Assembly (NCBI GenBank): GCA_036172245.1
Contig: JAYWIR010000004.1
Span: forward strand, 434,001 to 498,000
Reading direction: 5' to 3'
DNA: 64,000 nucleotides
Origin: Raillietiella orientalis
Lineage: Eukaryota
Position 1 is the first letter of the stretch, and every line of letters starts with the position of its first letter. The position numbers and the translations under genes are program-made. Below the pieces are notes generated by a model that had not been told where the DNA came from, searched no databases, and saw nothing but the letters and a program-made list of their open reading frames with translations. Shown in pieces: positions 1-12,599 of the stretch.

Positions 1-494
1 ATAACGACTGTTCAAGAAAACAAATTAATCACTCCGTTTCGTATTGGTATATTTTGCTACCGTCAACAAGACCTTAGTCTTGAAACAAGTCTGCTAGTAA
101 GCTTTGGTCATTTTTGATTCTGGCTTAAGTCGCTTACAGCTTTTTGGAAAACATTTGACCACTCTGAATCCCTTTTTTTTTTTTTCCTAACAAATTTATG
201 AACCTCCCTTAGAAATCCTAATTAAGGTTTCTAAATTGCGTGTAGTGAATTTGGCTACATTGGATTAGCAAAGCATTTTATGAAAGGCGGGAGTGAAATG
301 GAGGCCATCAAATAAAACCAGATCATTGATCTAGTGTCTTCGATTTTTTAAAAATGATTTACTAAAAAAGGATGCGAAGCAAGTTGCATCGAATCCTTCA
401 CGCATCTAAAAGCACTTGCACCTTTCCTGTTTATGAAAAATTTGCGAGACTTTCATTTATGGTTCATTTGGAATTGATTTGTCTCCACAATCAG

Positions 495-1370
495 ATCTAT
501 GTACTCCATCGAGTGAGCACCCTCGGATCGTTACGACCCTTCTTTGCTCCATAATCTTCGATTCGATCAAAGCACCAGAAGTGGATCATCACGCATAATC
601 TAAACATCGCTACAGGTGGTGATGATTCTCTAATTTCGCCACTGGGACGAGATGCAAGGGTTGAAGTGAATAACGGATTTTAGAGTAGTCTACAGATATG
701 GCGATGCATCCATCGTCGGCTGGTTGTGCTTGCCATAATGTGTTTTGTAGGCACGCAGGAACAAAACTTGTAGTTTGTAGGCCGTGCACCTGTTGGAACC
801 AAGGTCGCATCTTCGCAATTTCTACGATGGCCTCGCTTTGTGCACGGGCACGAAAGCAGCAGCAGCCAGTTTGTTTGTCAAGTTTGTTTAGCTGTAGACA
901 CGGAAACACAACACAGACGCCAAGGTGAGCGCTCATGGGTTCCGTATGTCCTTCGCGAAGGCATGACTTTAACGGGCTTCTCCAGGTATGTTCAAACATT
1001 AAAGACGGCATTCTTACGCGATGAACGAAAAGAGGGAAAGGAAATCCAATTCATGCTGGAAGAAAAGAAAACAGCGATTCTATTTCTACAGGGGGAGCGG
1101 GAAAGACCTGCAGATAATTACGGTGCCTTGAGAGCACGGATGTGGGACTAACGTGATGGTATCGAAGCAAGCGAGGGGTCTTCCGAAAGTCGGAGTTTAT
1201 CTCGAGCGCTTTGACCCCAGCGCCACATACCTGTGGGAGGAAGATGAGCGTTTTGCGTTCCCCCCCGGTGGTTCCGCGTTTGGCTGCAGCCGCTGCCGGC
1301 GTTCCACGGATTTTCCGATCGGGAAATCACGGAACACACACCTTCCGCGAGTTTTCTCCTCGAGTTATCT
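495..1370 (+). pseudogene. Decayed trypsin-like (S1A) serine protease gene
   Basis: Ordered relics: KWIITH (579-596, cf. WILTAAHC); GRIFAI...QQPVCLS (QPVCLS 863-880, cf. DIAL...QPVCLP); a phase-2 GT-AG intron at 925-985 followed by YVQT (cf. G|WGxT); DGIEASEGSS (1155-1184, cf. GxDACQGDSG); GGSAFGCSR (1267-1293, cf. VSWGxGCAR). Contains in-frame stops and frameshifts. Confidence 0.45.
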
Positions 1371-1559
1371 TCGCACGCCCGAGTCCTCGAAAGTGTGTCA
1401 GAAATCGGTATTTAAACAGAAAAAAGAGACCCTAAGTTGCCGATGCAGACGAGCGAGGTCGGGGAGCGACAGGGACTTGTTCTTCTGTTCCATCATAGGG
1501 AAACACGAAAATGAAGTCCTGTCTTCCTCTCGCTCTATTTCGTACCTGTGGCAACCCTG

Positions 1560-4500
1560 CCATGAGTGAGGCTAGGGAAACGCTGGTAGCTGGTGTTAAG
1601 GTGAGGCGCGTACGGTACCGGAGGCCTGCAGCCGCGTACGTGGCTCGTGTGCCCCCTGACTGACCCTCTCCTCACGTTCTGAGGCGCGTCTCCGGCTCTG
1701 CATTCTTCCGTGCAACGTGCGATACGGGGTCCCTTGGCCAGTGACAACCCCACGGACTCTCCCGTCCTCACTGGACCAGCGACTTCTTCATGTCTAACGG
1801 TAGGCAGCAGGGCATGGACACGGAAGAACAGGGGTTGTTTGGACCTTTGGTTGCTGGGCAACAGGTCCCCTTGCACACGTTTGCTAACTTTCTCTGAAAA
1901 AGCAGGCGGCTTGGAGGAAAGCTGGCTTGGTAAAGTAGGTCGTTGGGAGGGGGAGAAGGCCTGGATAGTAGGTGAAATAGTCACTGCCCGAGAAGAGGCT
2001 GTTTCGTTCAAGGGAACCTATTTCCCTTTACCTATTATACCTCACCTGAGACTACCCTACGATGCACGAGGCTAGAAAATTCTTCCAGGAAACGAGCACT
2101 AGGGAAGTAGGATCCTAAACACTGGCACGAAGGTAGATTAGCGCTTCCGGGTCTCCGGCCCCTCCTAATCCTAGTTCTGCGTCCTGATTCGCCGTCGGTG
2201 ATTACCGTATCCCTCAAAGGGGGTGGTAACCTGAACCTTGCTTTTTCTCTTCACGAAGGGGCAGTGTCCACCCTCAAGAGGGACATTCAATTCGCAACGC
2301 ATGAGCCTTCCAAGATTCCTGGGAGTAGGTCGGAAAAGATGGCCTCCACCCCTTAACATCCAGGGAGACGACCGTGGATGCCCGGTTGTCAGAGGGAAGG
2401 TCACTGAGCGCTCGCGCACTTGCGTTTCTGGGCTACAAGTCCCGACGGGGAGACCTCTGGTCTGCTCTCCCGCTAGTCTCGGTGCCCCAGAACTTCCTCA
2501 AACGAAGGGATCGCATCCGGTCTAGGCTTTCTGTCCCGCCCCTGGATGCTAACCGCAGTCATCTGCGGAGGTCAGCAGCTCCGTCGGCCTCCTGGCGGAG
2601 CGCGGCTTCTCCTCGGCGCGATTTTTCTCAGTAAGCTTGCCCAGGAGGGGAAAGGCGGGTGAGTGCGGAGTGTGTCGCTTACGTCTCCCACCCCTCTTTT
2701 TCTTTTTCTCACCTCTTTCTCCCTTCCACCCATTTCCGTGCTTCCTCGTCGAGTGGCCCATGAAAACTCGTTCCCTTCCCCATACCTTACCCCCCTCTCC
2801 CTTCCTCCATTCTCCTTCCCTTTCGCCTGCTTTTTTCTTCTTCTTCTTCAGCCAAACAGCTGGCTCCAGCGTTAGGCGAGAGAAGGAAGAAGCACGCCCA
2901 GGAAAACTCTTGGAAACACCTGAGTGCAAGAACGGGGAACGCGTAGAATGAGAGCAACCATGGAAGGGGGAGGAAAGGGGACAAAGAGGGGCGAAGACCC
3001 GCAGCACACAGTTTTTCGACAGCGAGGATCGAACGAGGGCAGAGCGGCCGGGAAAGTGGGGCGCATGTGCGTCTCGTAGGGAGCAGAACCTTTCTCAAAC
3101 GCTTCCCTCCTCTGCGCAACGCGCGCCCCCCTCGAGGCTGAGGCGGAAGATTTTTGGCTCCGAATTTCCTGGATCAGTACTTACACTGACAGCCCCAACG
3201 AGCCGTCGGCGCGTTCAAGGCTCTCCCTGGGGCGTGTCCCTTCCTACTCGCAGTGCTGCGGTTCGACTGTTGCTGAATCCGAGCTCCCTCCCTCGCCTTC
3301 AGTGCAAGGCGGTTTCGCACCCGGGTGCTCCGGAGAGTTTATTTTAAAAATAAACAAACATGTGTGGGGCCATCGGTCCTATAACGTCTGAAAGAGTTCG
3401 GAACCTGCCGAGTAACTGGCACACAGGCCGACGAGGTTTGCTTCGGCAGCGGAGGGGGAGGGGACAAACAAAAGTAAAAATAAAAACAGAAACAATATTT
3501 ACAAAAAAAAATGGGTGGGTTAGCGGAAGGGATTACATTCCGCTAAAGGGCGTCCTCTGCATCCTTTCGAGGATGCCGGCAAATTCACCCGAGTATGCCC
3601 CAGATGGGGCCATCTTGCTGCAGTCCTCAGGAAGCGCAGGGAGAAGCAGATGGCGTCCCTATTGTGTCGTCCATCTCTGGAGTAGCTCCAGGCCGCCACA
3701 GTCCCACGTAGGCAGCACAGTGCTGCTAGGGCTGCGGCAGGCGAAAGGGTATCTTGCACGAAGAGGAGCTTGAATACGTCTCTGGGGTCTGTGTGTGCAC
3801 CTAGGTCAGTGAAGGTGATCAGGAACCCCCGGAGGGACGGAGGGACACGTTCTGCCTCTGGCGGAAGGAGAGCGGGGACGAGGAATCCGGACACGGACTC
3901 CGCAGCACACGCGATGGCTTCCCTCCTTCCCAGAAGGGGGAGGAGGAGGACTCGTTGCGAAACACTGTTTCTGTTGCCAGGGCTTCTTCGCTCTTGGACG
4001 GTTGGCTGCGCGCGCAGCGGTGGTATCCGTGCCCTCGAGAGCGCCATTTCCGTAGTTTTGCCGGCGCTGAGAGTCACAGCGCACCGGGACGCCTCCACTT
4101 TTGGGGAAGAGGAAGGGATGGGCCACGGTGCGTCGGTTTGGTCGGATAAGACCAACTTTGCGAGGCATTTCTTCTGTTTTCCGGAGAGCTTGACTTCCGT
4201 ATCCCAGGGTATCCCGACGCCGAGGGTATGCGCGCGCCGACTCCTCTGCTGTACCAGATCTTCAGAAGGGGATTTTCTCCTCCCCCCTCCGTCTCCTCCT
4301 CGCTTCCTCCGCTTTCAGATCCTCCGACCCCCAGACGAGAAAACTCGCAAGAGTTCGCTCGTCTGGCCGACCAAACGGTCTGGAAGACCGAGGTGTCCAT
4401 AATCGGCGCGCGCATCCGAGGACGCACCGCTGTCCACCACGCCCAGCGACCGTGCCGTGCGCGCACGGCTCTCCTCCTCACCTTTCCCTGAGGCGGTGTG

Positions 4501-5850
4501 GTCGTCCCGGGAGACGTCAAGACATGTCGAGTAGGTGCATCCTAGGAGTTGCAGGAGGTCAGATGACTTGACCATTGCTATAAAACAAATGCAACATGAG
4601 TAGCGGCAACAGGGTTCACACAGGAAGTTCGATGGGACCTTTGGCTCGCAGATCGGACACGTGGAAAGTTTGGAGCAATAAATGAATATATTAAAAAAAG
4701 AAAAAGGAACAGGAAGGGAAGGAATAGGCAGTTTATTTGGTGGATACTCCTTCTGCAGTCAGCGGGAGATGCATGCGAGCTGAGTAGCGATCTCTGTGCT
4801 CAAACGGGGCCACCTCGAAGTGGTCCTCATCGTTGCGGCTGCTATACGGATGGCTCTCCGTCGATGCCACAAAAGCTGCCGGGTGGAGTGGGCCGCAGCG
4901 ATGGCGTTGGAAGGTCTCCGTCACACGGAAACCCACCGCGCGCGAAGAATTTCCGCAGCAGGTCTCTCGAGGCGTGTCCTCCATGGTGCGGCGCCACTGC
5001 CAGTCTCTGCTGGAGTCCGCACAGAAGGGGGGACGCAGTCCATCAAGTGGTCAGACTAGGTCGTCTCGCACCTGAAACGGCTCAAGGATGCAGCTGTTTC
5101 GGAACGAGGGGTGTTGGCTCTGGTTACCCTGGGAACCCCAGTGCAGAAACGGCGCCGCCTCGTGCTTTCACTCCAAAAGGTGACCCGAGCGCAGGTTAGG
5201 GGCCACAAGTTTCACAGAGAGCACGCACGCTCAAGAGTTCTTCCCACATTGGCCCGAGGGCGTGAAGCCGCATTCGTCCACCCACTTGCTCGTCTTTCAG
5301 CCGTCTAGGAGCTCCTAGAGGGCTACCCGGCACGGCTCGGTCTGGTCCTGCAACATGTCTCCCAGGGGGATGATCCTGAGGAGATGCAGGGGACGAAGTT
5401 ACTCTGGATAGATCTCCAGGGTGCCACCCAGGTTTGCATCGTGCTAAAGTTCTGTGGGAGGTCCAGAGGGGCCCTTCTAGCAGCCAGGTTATTTGTCTCA
5501 ATGGAAGACAACGCGTACGTCTTCGTCACTGCTCGGTTGTGCGGCAGCGTCCAAGCCGGTCCTTCACGACCGGCGCTGAGACGCGGGATGGGACGTGCGC
5601 GTAGGAACGCACCAGGTTGACAGTTTGGCACAAGGGGCCGTTATCCAGAAGGAGCTGCACTTGCGTTTTCTCCAGGATCCTGAAGTGGTGCGCTGGCGAT
5701 ATCGAGGTGGGCGCTGGGCGTTTTCGGTTTCGGAAATCCTAGGTCAACGCAGGTGGCAACCAGCGAAAAGCGGAAGTTCTCGTTGGAGTCGCAGCGAGGG
5801 TTCGGCACGATACCGGAGGCATTCAGTCCTCTACCGCTGCGGACGCCACA
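1560..5850 (-). mobile_element. Degenerate Tx1/L1-like non-LTR retrotransposon ORF2 (APE-RT-zinc finger), apparently interrupted at about 2600-3500 and 4580-4740
   Basis: APE relics: TKTYAL, SNFVPC, SDHLM, GSGAAPWR. RT relics: VLSDQT, TTEMALSR (cf. DQEKAFDR), VPPSLRGFLITFTDL (cf. GCPLSPLLF..IEPL), GHTRVNL. C-terminal relics: GGHCPFVKRK...EGYG and FRVHALLPT...RCTEEC. Boundaries approximate. Confidence 0.5.
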
Positions 5851-6449
5851 ACCATCTCTCCCTTCTGGGGTCCCTGCCTCAGGACATGAGATCTTCCCGC
5901 GGCCACAGCAAAAAGAAGCGGACGGAGGGGAAGCAGAGCTCGCTCTCTTCTTTCTCTCCTGGCGTCCAGGCGAGGTCTGAAGAAAGGGTCTTTAGTGGAT
6001 CCAGGAGCCGGAGTCGCGGCAGGATCTCCGGAGGGCACTTACGGCTTCTCCAAAACCGGACAGAGACGCGGAAGAGTCCTGGGGAGATCGACTAGCGCGC
6101 TCGAGGATGAGGAACCCGTGAGCCTCGTTTGCCCAAATGGATTTCCTGGAAACCGCGGAGTCGATAAGAGAGGAAGAGAGAGGGTTGGTCACTACTTCCA
6201 GTGTCCTTCCCGTTGCTAACACTGGCGAGCTACCAGAGCCCGAGCACTTCGCTGCAACAGTGACCTCCTCTCCTCCTTCACTATCTTCCTCCTCACGAAC
6301 CACACCGGTGGAACGCACATGGTGCAGCAGAAGCGGCGAGATCACCTTCTGGATCGACCGTGCGACCTCAGGGCCAGACATGACTTCCTCATTCTTCCCA
6401 TGTCTTTACAAGAGGGGTTAAAAATATCAAGCAACTTCCAGCGGAAGAG

Positions 6450-9150
6450 GCTAACGACCAAAAGCCAATTGTTTCCTCGCCTCTGGGTCTTTTCCAGGTG
6501 GTCGGGAAGGGGGACCGCTCGCCCTGCTTTCATAAACCTTGGGAAGAAAGAGGTAGGAAATAATTGACGTGTGTATCTGGGGTGTGTAAAACCCTCGGCA
6601 CGACGGGCACTCGGACGTCCTTGCGGCGGGATACGGATGTACGGAGGAACCGTGAGAGGCCCTCTAAAGGTCTTTGTTGGGGCACCTTGGAAGGGGTGCG
6701 CGGGGCCATCCATAGGAACAACAGGAACTGCGCCTGCCTACAGGGCATTCCCGGGAACGGTTGGTCAGCACCAGGCTGTGCACTCGCAACGAATCCGCGA
6801 TCCGAGCCCACAGAGTCCCCGCAGGAGGCAACGATGACCTCTGTCGGGGACGCACATCTCCTTGGTCCTCTCTCTCGTCCCCGCCCCTGTCCGGCTCCCA
6901 GATGCGACCTTGCACCATCTGCGGAAGTCGCCTGGCAGTCTCCGCTTTGCAGGCCCCTTTAGCATTTCCGCTCAAAGACGGGAGCGCCTTCCCAGGTTCA
7001 GACGCATCCCTTCCTCATCTTTGCCCTGAGGCTGGTCGCTTCTGTCGCCAGGTGGGTCATCACTGAAAGGCGTTCCACATCTAAGGATTCGACATCATTC
7101 CACGACGACTTTGGAACGAGGTCCAACACCCTCTTCCTGACCTCTGTTTCCACAGCGACGCATCTCGATGCTCGATCTTGCCTGGACCAAAGGAGGTTTT
7201 GGCCTCGGACTTCAGGATAAGGTAAAAAAGGTGGCTCACCTCGACTCAATCGGCCGCTCTCTCCTCTTGGCTCTGCTCGAATCTCAATCTGTCAACCCTC
7301 AGACTTCCTCCTTCCATCCTTGTCCATTTCCGTCATCCAGCTCTGCGCTTAGAGGAACTGCGCTCGGTGAGCTTGGTCTGAGGCGGAGCAAAAGGTCTCT
7401 GGAGTTGCCTCATGCCAAGGAGGACATCATATCAGAAGGGACAAACCCCAACCTTATCTAGTCTCCGAAAAAACAGGCAAAGTGCAGAAGGATACGCAGT
7501 CACATCCCGCGGGGATGGCCAGAGGCCCGAGCCACGACGGTGCAACTTCCCGACTCTCACGTCAGGCTGGGGCAATGGGAGCTGGTGTGGCCAGTCCTCC
7601 TTCCTCCTCCAGAATCCAGGAGCACGGATGCAGGGGTAGGACGGCAGGAAGAGACAAAACTTTGATCCCGAGGGAGGTCCCTGGGCTTGATTTCCCATCT
7701 CATTCCCCCCCCCCCCCCATCCATCGCCTTGCTCGGTTGACTCCCCACCTGCTGGGAGAAATCGTCCGAGGAATTTCTTCGCCCTCCCTGGAGTGGAATC
7801 CCCGCCGCGATATGGCAGGACGCGGGAGCCTCCCCACGCTTCCCTCTTCGATCTTCCTGATGCGTAATTTTTTTTTTCTGCCTCATTTCCGGGACAACGC
7901 CGGTTGGTCCGGGGCGGTGAAGGTCCCCCTCCTGCAACTCTTTCGCCTAATGGGAAGACTGCTGCCAGGTGCTATTCGAGTCGCTCCGTGCTGATGAGGG
8001 CATTCCATGACCAGTTTCGCTTTCGGCGCCCTCTGATGAAGACTCTGCGAGCTCCCATGCCGCCGGCTAGGGAAATCGCGCAACCACCATGGCGGTTTTC
8101 CGGTGGAGAGATTTCTCCAGAAGCGTCCACCGTGCAGAGTGGAGATTCCGGCCCGTCCCCACCGTTCCCGCAGGGGCTCGGCGGGTCGCCTCCCCTGGGG
8201 GATTCTACAGCCGAACGAGTGGCACTCCACCGGCAGCTGCCCTTTACGCAGGCCTCGCTGCGCCTGCGAGAGCGCCATTCTTTGAGTTGCTCCAGCGAGC
8301 TGCGGTTGATTTCGGCATCCTGGCCTCTACTGCCTGCCTCCTGGAGCCGGGAGTGCTTCAAGGCTGCTCCATCAGGTGATCATTGTCGGTATCTGCTGCC
8401 CCTCAGCTGCTCGTTCGTTGTGGGGACCATAGGGTCAGAAAAACGGTCGGCTTCTAGGGTGGTCTTTTCTTTCGCACCGAGCGACCCTTAGGGCTTCAGA
8501 GGTCTTTCTTGGTAGACGTCCCTCCTCTCTCCTTGCCGCACTCACCTTTCTCCCCCTTGAAGGGTCCCAATCTCGCTCTCTTGTGCCGGATGGTCAGCCT
8601 GCCCCCTTCTGCAACCAATTCTCGAGGAAGGTGCTCTTTGTCCTCAGCGACCACCGAGTGGTCCATGACCGGATGACGACTCTATCGTTCGGTTGTTGGT
8701 CATCGTCACCGTCGTCCATCCTCAGTTCTCCCAGACGCAGTCGAGGACCCAAAGAGGAGGGGACTGCAAGTGGCTCTGGTGTCGAGATTCCCTCTACCCC
8801 CCCACCGAGACACAAACTCCTCTAATTGATCTGCAGGAGCACCAGCGGAGTTCTACCGCTGCCTCGCGCGCTGAAATCTTTCAGGGTCTACCATGAAACC
8901 TGGGAGCATCTCTTTCACTCTCCTTCCTCTGAAGGGCGCCCCGGCAGGTGCCACCATTCGACGAAGAATTCCACAAACTGCAGAGAAGCGTACTGATGTC
9001 TGGATAGGGCGGTGCGGGTTTGGCAGAGAGCAAAGTTGGTACAGGTCGAGGTGCAGCTTTGCAGCAGCTTCCCTTGATCCCACGGACTGTCCGGAGCAGC
9101 GCCAACGCATTCCGGAAGAGGGGAATAAGGATGTCCCAGCTGGTTTGGTA
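6450..9150 (-). mobile_element. Degenerate Tx1/L1-like non-LTR retrotransposon ORF2
   Basis: Weak ordered relics: LCSLWN and RGVCV (APE N-terminus), ACVKGSCRW (linker), AAGIPLQG (RT GVRQG-like), RECPV (C-terminal zinc finger). Heavily decayed. Confidence 0.35.
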
Positions 9151-9649
9151 CGGAGACGCACTGCGAGGACATCACCACATGTGGCCTTAGGAGTTTGCCA
9201 TCCGGATTTGCCGGAGCATCCATTATTAAAAAATTTTTACACAATTTTTTATAGTAAAGTCGTCAATGTTCGTTCACTTGGTTCTACCATGCGCGGGAGA
9301 CTTGCCATAAACCGGTACGCAGACCGGTGAGGTCATCTCCGTTGGCGTTGGGGGAAGGAATACCAGAAAAAAAAATAAACAAAAAGGGAGGGAAATGTTT
9401 TTCAGAGAGGAGGGGGGGGGGAGGGATGGGGTCAACGGTCTCCTGGAGTGGACCTCTGCATCCTGCACGGATGTTCCGGATTCGGGGCCATCGGGGAGCA
9501 GTCTTCTATGAAGATTTCCGTTTAGTGGATGGCACTCCTGCTGTTATGGTTTCATCTCTTCGCGCTCCACCTTGCCACGATGCAGCATACGTAGCAGAGA
9601 ACTGCTAGAGACGCGGAGGGGGTTAAGACGTCACGCAAGAAGAGGCGCC

Positions 9650-11250
9650 GGAAAATGTTTTTCGGGTCGCCTACCGGGATTTTGAGGACCGACGAGAGTC
9701 GATCTCAGGATGCACGTGGGGCTACACGGTCTATTAAGAGATGCGGGAAGGTTTCCCTTCCGCAACTTGGCCTCAGGAGTTCCAGTTGCGGAGAGGCGGC
9801 ATTTTGTGCTAGGAGGTCTTTTCCTGGAACCCGAAATTGAGGACGGACTCACAATGCAACCCGTTCCTCTTCCTTCTTTCTCTTCCACCTCGTTGCCGCG
9901 AGTGTCCCTTTCCCCTGCATCCACACCCACAGATGCAACAGCGACCACCTTGCGACGAAATAGTTGAAGGTCGAGACACTGTGGACTGCGAGGCTTTCTG
10001 CTCCTTGATACATGGAAGAGTGGAGCATCTGACCGGAGACAAAGACCGAGCCGTCTCTAGGAAAATTCACAAAAATCAGACATTCAAGCCACTGCCCTTA
10101 CCATCACAACTTCTGATGCATATTCGAGGATGCTGGAAAAGCACGGGGAAGAGGAAAGGTGCTGCCTATGCTGCAGCGGTGGAGTGGTGGGCACCCACCG
10201 CATGCTGGATCGTCGAGGACGAAGAGGGACTTCCAGTATTGATGTCTTGATCAAAGAGACGGAAATCCTTCCTGCAGTCGCCACTGGGTCCCAGAAGGAA
10301 GCGATGAGAACGGCATCTCGTCGGATCTTGGACTTTCGAGCTGGATTCAGCCCCCTTGTCGATTCCGAGCCCGGGTCCTCCAAGCTTGGTCCGTCGCATA
10401 TCTTCACTTCTCCCTTCCCTGGCAGTAGCGCTTGATCCTGACAGTCCCCACTGTGGACAAGCCTGGAGAGCTGCTCGACCAGCTCCAATCTGAACGGTCT
10501 TAGAGATACCCAGGAAACAAGCACCGTTCACACGAACGGACTCAACACTCCCATAGCTAAGAACCTCGAGCAATGCGCTCTAAAACAAGAATAGGACGGC
10601 CCAGGAAACGGGGATAACGGGAACCAGAATAGCCTCTTCCAAAGGCCTTCCCAAGAAAGAAAAGTCCTTTCTCTTACCCAAGAAAGAAAAGAAAAACAAA
10701 CACTTCTGAGCGACTTTCGCGTCTCATCTCCCGACGTGCGATACCATTCGAAGTCATCACCGTGAAGTTTCTCATTCGCTTCATTCATCTGCATTTCTGG
10801 GAGAACCCCGTGCCAGTATCCTCGTCCCACGAATGCTAGCGTCCTTTCTTCAGTGCCTGCTTCTGTTCCCGGATCTTCCCAAAGACCAGAATCTGGAGAG
10901 AAGCCTTCATGGAGCAAGCCGGAACGAATAATCTCTTTGCAGGAGGAGCGGAAAACCGGCTCTCCATCGATCTCTTCCTTAGACAAAGATCGTGTCCTCG
11001 GGCTCTTCTTCCAAAAGCAACAAGTGGTTCAAGGCCAGGAGCTTCGGATCGGCCAAGCTTCAACAAACGGCGCTCGTTGCTCTCGGGTGGGGCGGTGCCA
11101 CACGCCTGCGGTTACTGCTCACGGTACCCCGTCCCTGCACCGAGAGAAACTGATGCGATGCACTCCAATCTAGCGCAGAGCGAGAACGAGAGAAACTGCA
11201 GGAATGTTGCTAGCCAGAGACCCAAACGTCCGGATGTGGACTCTCCTCAA
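9650..11250 (+). mobile_element. 3' part of an RNase H-containing LINE (I/R1-type), degenerate
   Basis: RNase H-like relics KGAAYA, ETEILPAV and YPGNK (cf. IPGNE.AD), followed by ELRIGQ...ETAGMLL..P (cf. RLRIGH...CxxC..ETVxHxL..CP). Confidence 0.4.
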
Positions 11251-11379
11251 GGGCCTGACCGAGTCCAAGGATGACTCAGCGCCGGCCTGGAAAACTGGAG
11301 TTCAAGAAAGATGAGGATAGGTAGTGGTGGTGGTGGGGAACAACCGCTGGGAGGCAACTCTCCTCTTTGCCTCCTGACT

Positions 11380-11760
11380 TGGAAACTTCTCTGCAAGAAC
11401 TCTGGCTATTGAAGTCATGAGGTCCCAGCAGCGATGAAGCCCATCGGTCGCTAGGCTCACTTCCCACTTTTGTGCCAGATAGAACATGGTGAGCTTAGGT
11501 GGTGTCTCCCCACGTTCAGCATCCCTGTTCATAGGGGGATCCACTGGAGTCACCGCCCTGGAGTACACCAGATATGAAGCATTGAACCGCCTTCTCGGTC
11601 CTTCAATCTCCTCTGCAGGAATCTCTGGAAGTGACCGGCACTTTAGCGGTATCGCCTGAACAGATGGACCTACATCCCTGGACCCACATCTGCGACTTCT
11701 CCATCAGGAAGAACGGAGAAGACCACCCAGTCGACACACCTTCAACTGGTATATTAATCT
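11380..11760 (-). mobile_element. RTE-like LINE 3' fragment, degenerate
   Basis: FRRYR*SAGHFQR (cf. RRLRWAGHxxR) followed by AERGETPPKLT...WEVSLATDG (cf. RxRGRPxxTW...WxxLAxDR). Confidence 0.35.
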
Positions 11761-12599
11761 TCTGGAAGACTTGAAGATTATTATATTAGCAGATGAGAAT
11801 GTGGAATTTTCCACAGCTTCCGTAGTTCCCTCGACCTCGTCGTTGTCTCAAACCCGTTCGCACCGGAACATTTGTTGAACCACATCGGCGTGCCTCGAAG
11901 GCACGAGCCGGGGAATGCCGACATGCAGGTTGGTAGCCAAGAGAAGGAATGTTCAGTACAGATGGGTCAAGGGAGGGCAATGGAAGGCAGTAGAAATAAA
12001 GAAATGAATAAACGTGTACAAGGTGTGGAAGAACTCCGGGACGAGAGACCAAGAGGGTAGCAGAGGAAGGGAGGCTTTCTGTCCTGTGCCTTTCTTGCAG
12101 TCTTCCCGCGATCCGGGAGGCGTCTCCTTTCGTTTCCTGTCAAGCATGCGCCGCCCTCGTCATCGTGGCTGTCACGAAGGAATGACCGTCCTTCGGTGCT
12201 GCCCGCAGCTCCACCGCGTGGCGATTCACCACTGCTGCTCAGATGATGCAGCACAGCACCGCCAGCAGCCCGGAGGCCGAGGGCCCTTGAGGCGTAGAAG
12301 AACCGCCTCAGAAGCCGCCGAGGGTAGTCCTCTGAATGCAAGAGGCTGCTGCCACTCGTTGCCATCCGCTACGGGGGTGCTGTTCCAGGTGCGCGGGAAG
12401 AAAGAGGGGAGGGGCGTTGCAATCGTTCATCACCTGGCACAGTTCAGGACGCTCATTCCCTTCTATCCAGTGGAAGAGCGCTGGTCGCGCGGGAAACCCC
12501 GATGAAAGGAGTGCTGCCAGAAGGAAAGCGCGGAACCGTCCAGGAGGAACGGTGAGGATCACTAGCTCGTCCACGGAGATGCTCGGCAGTGCAGTCTTT

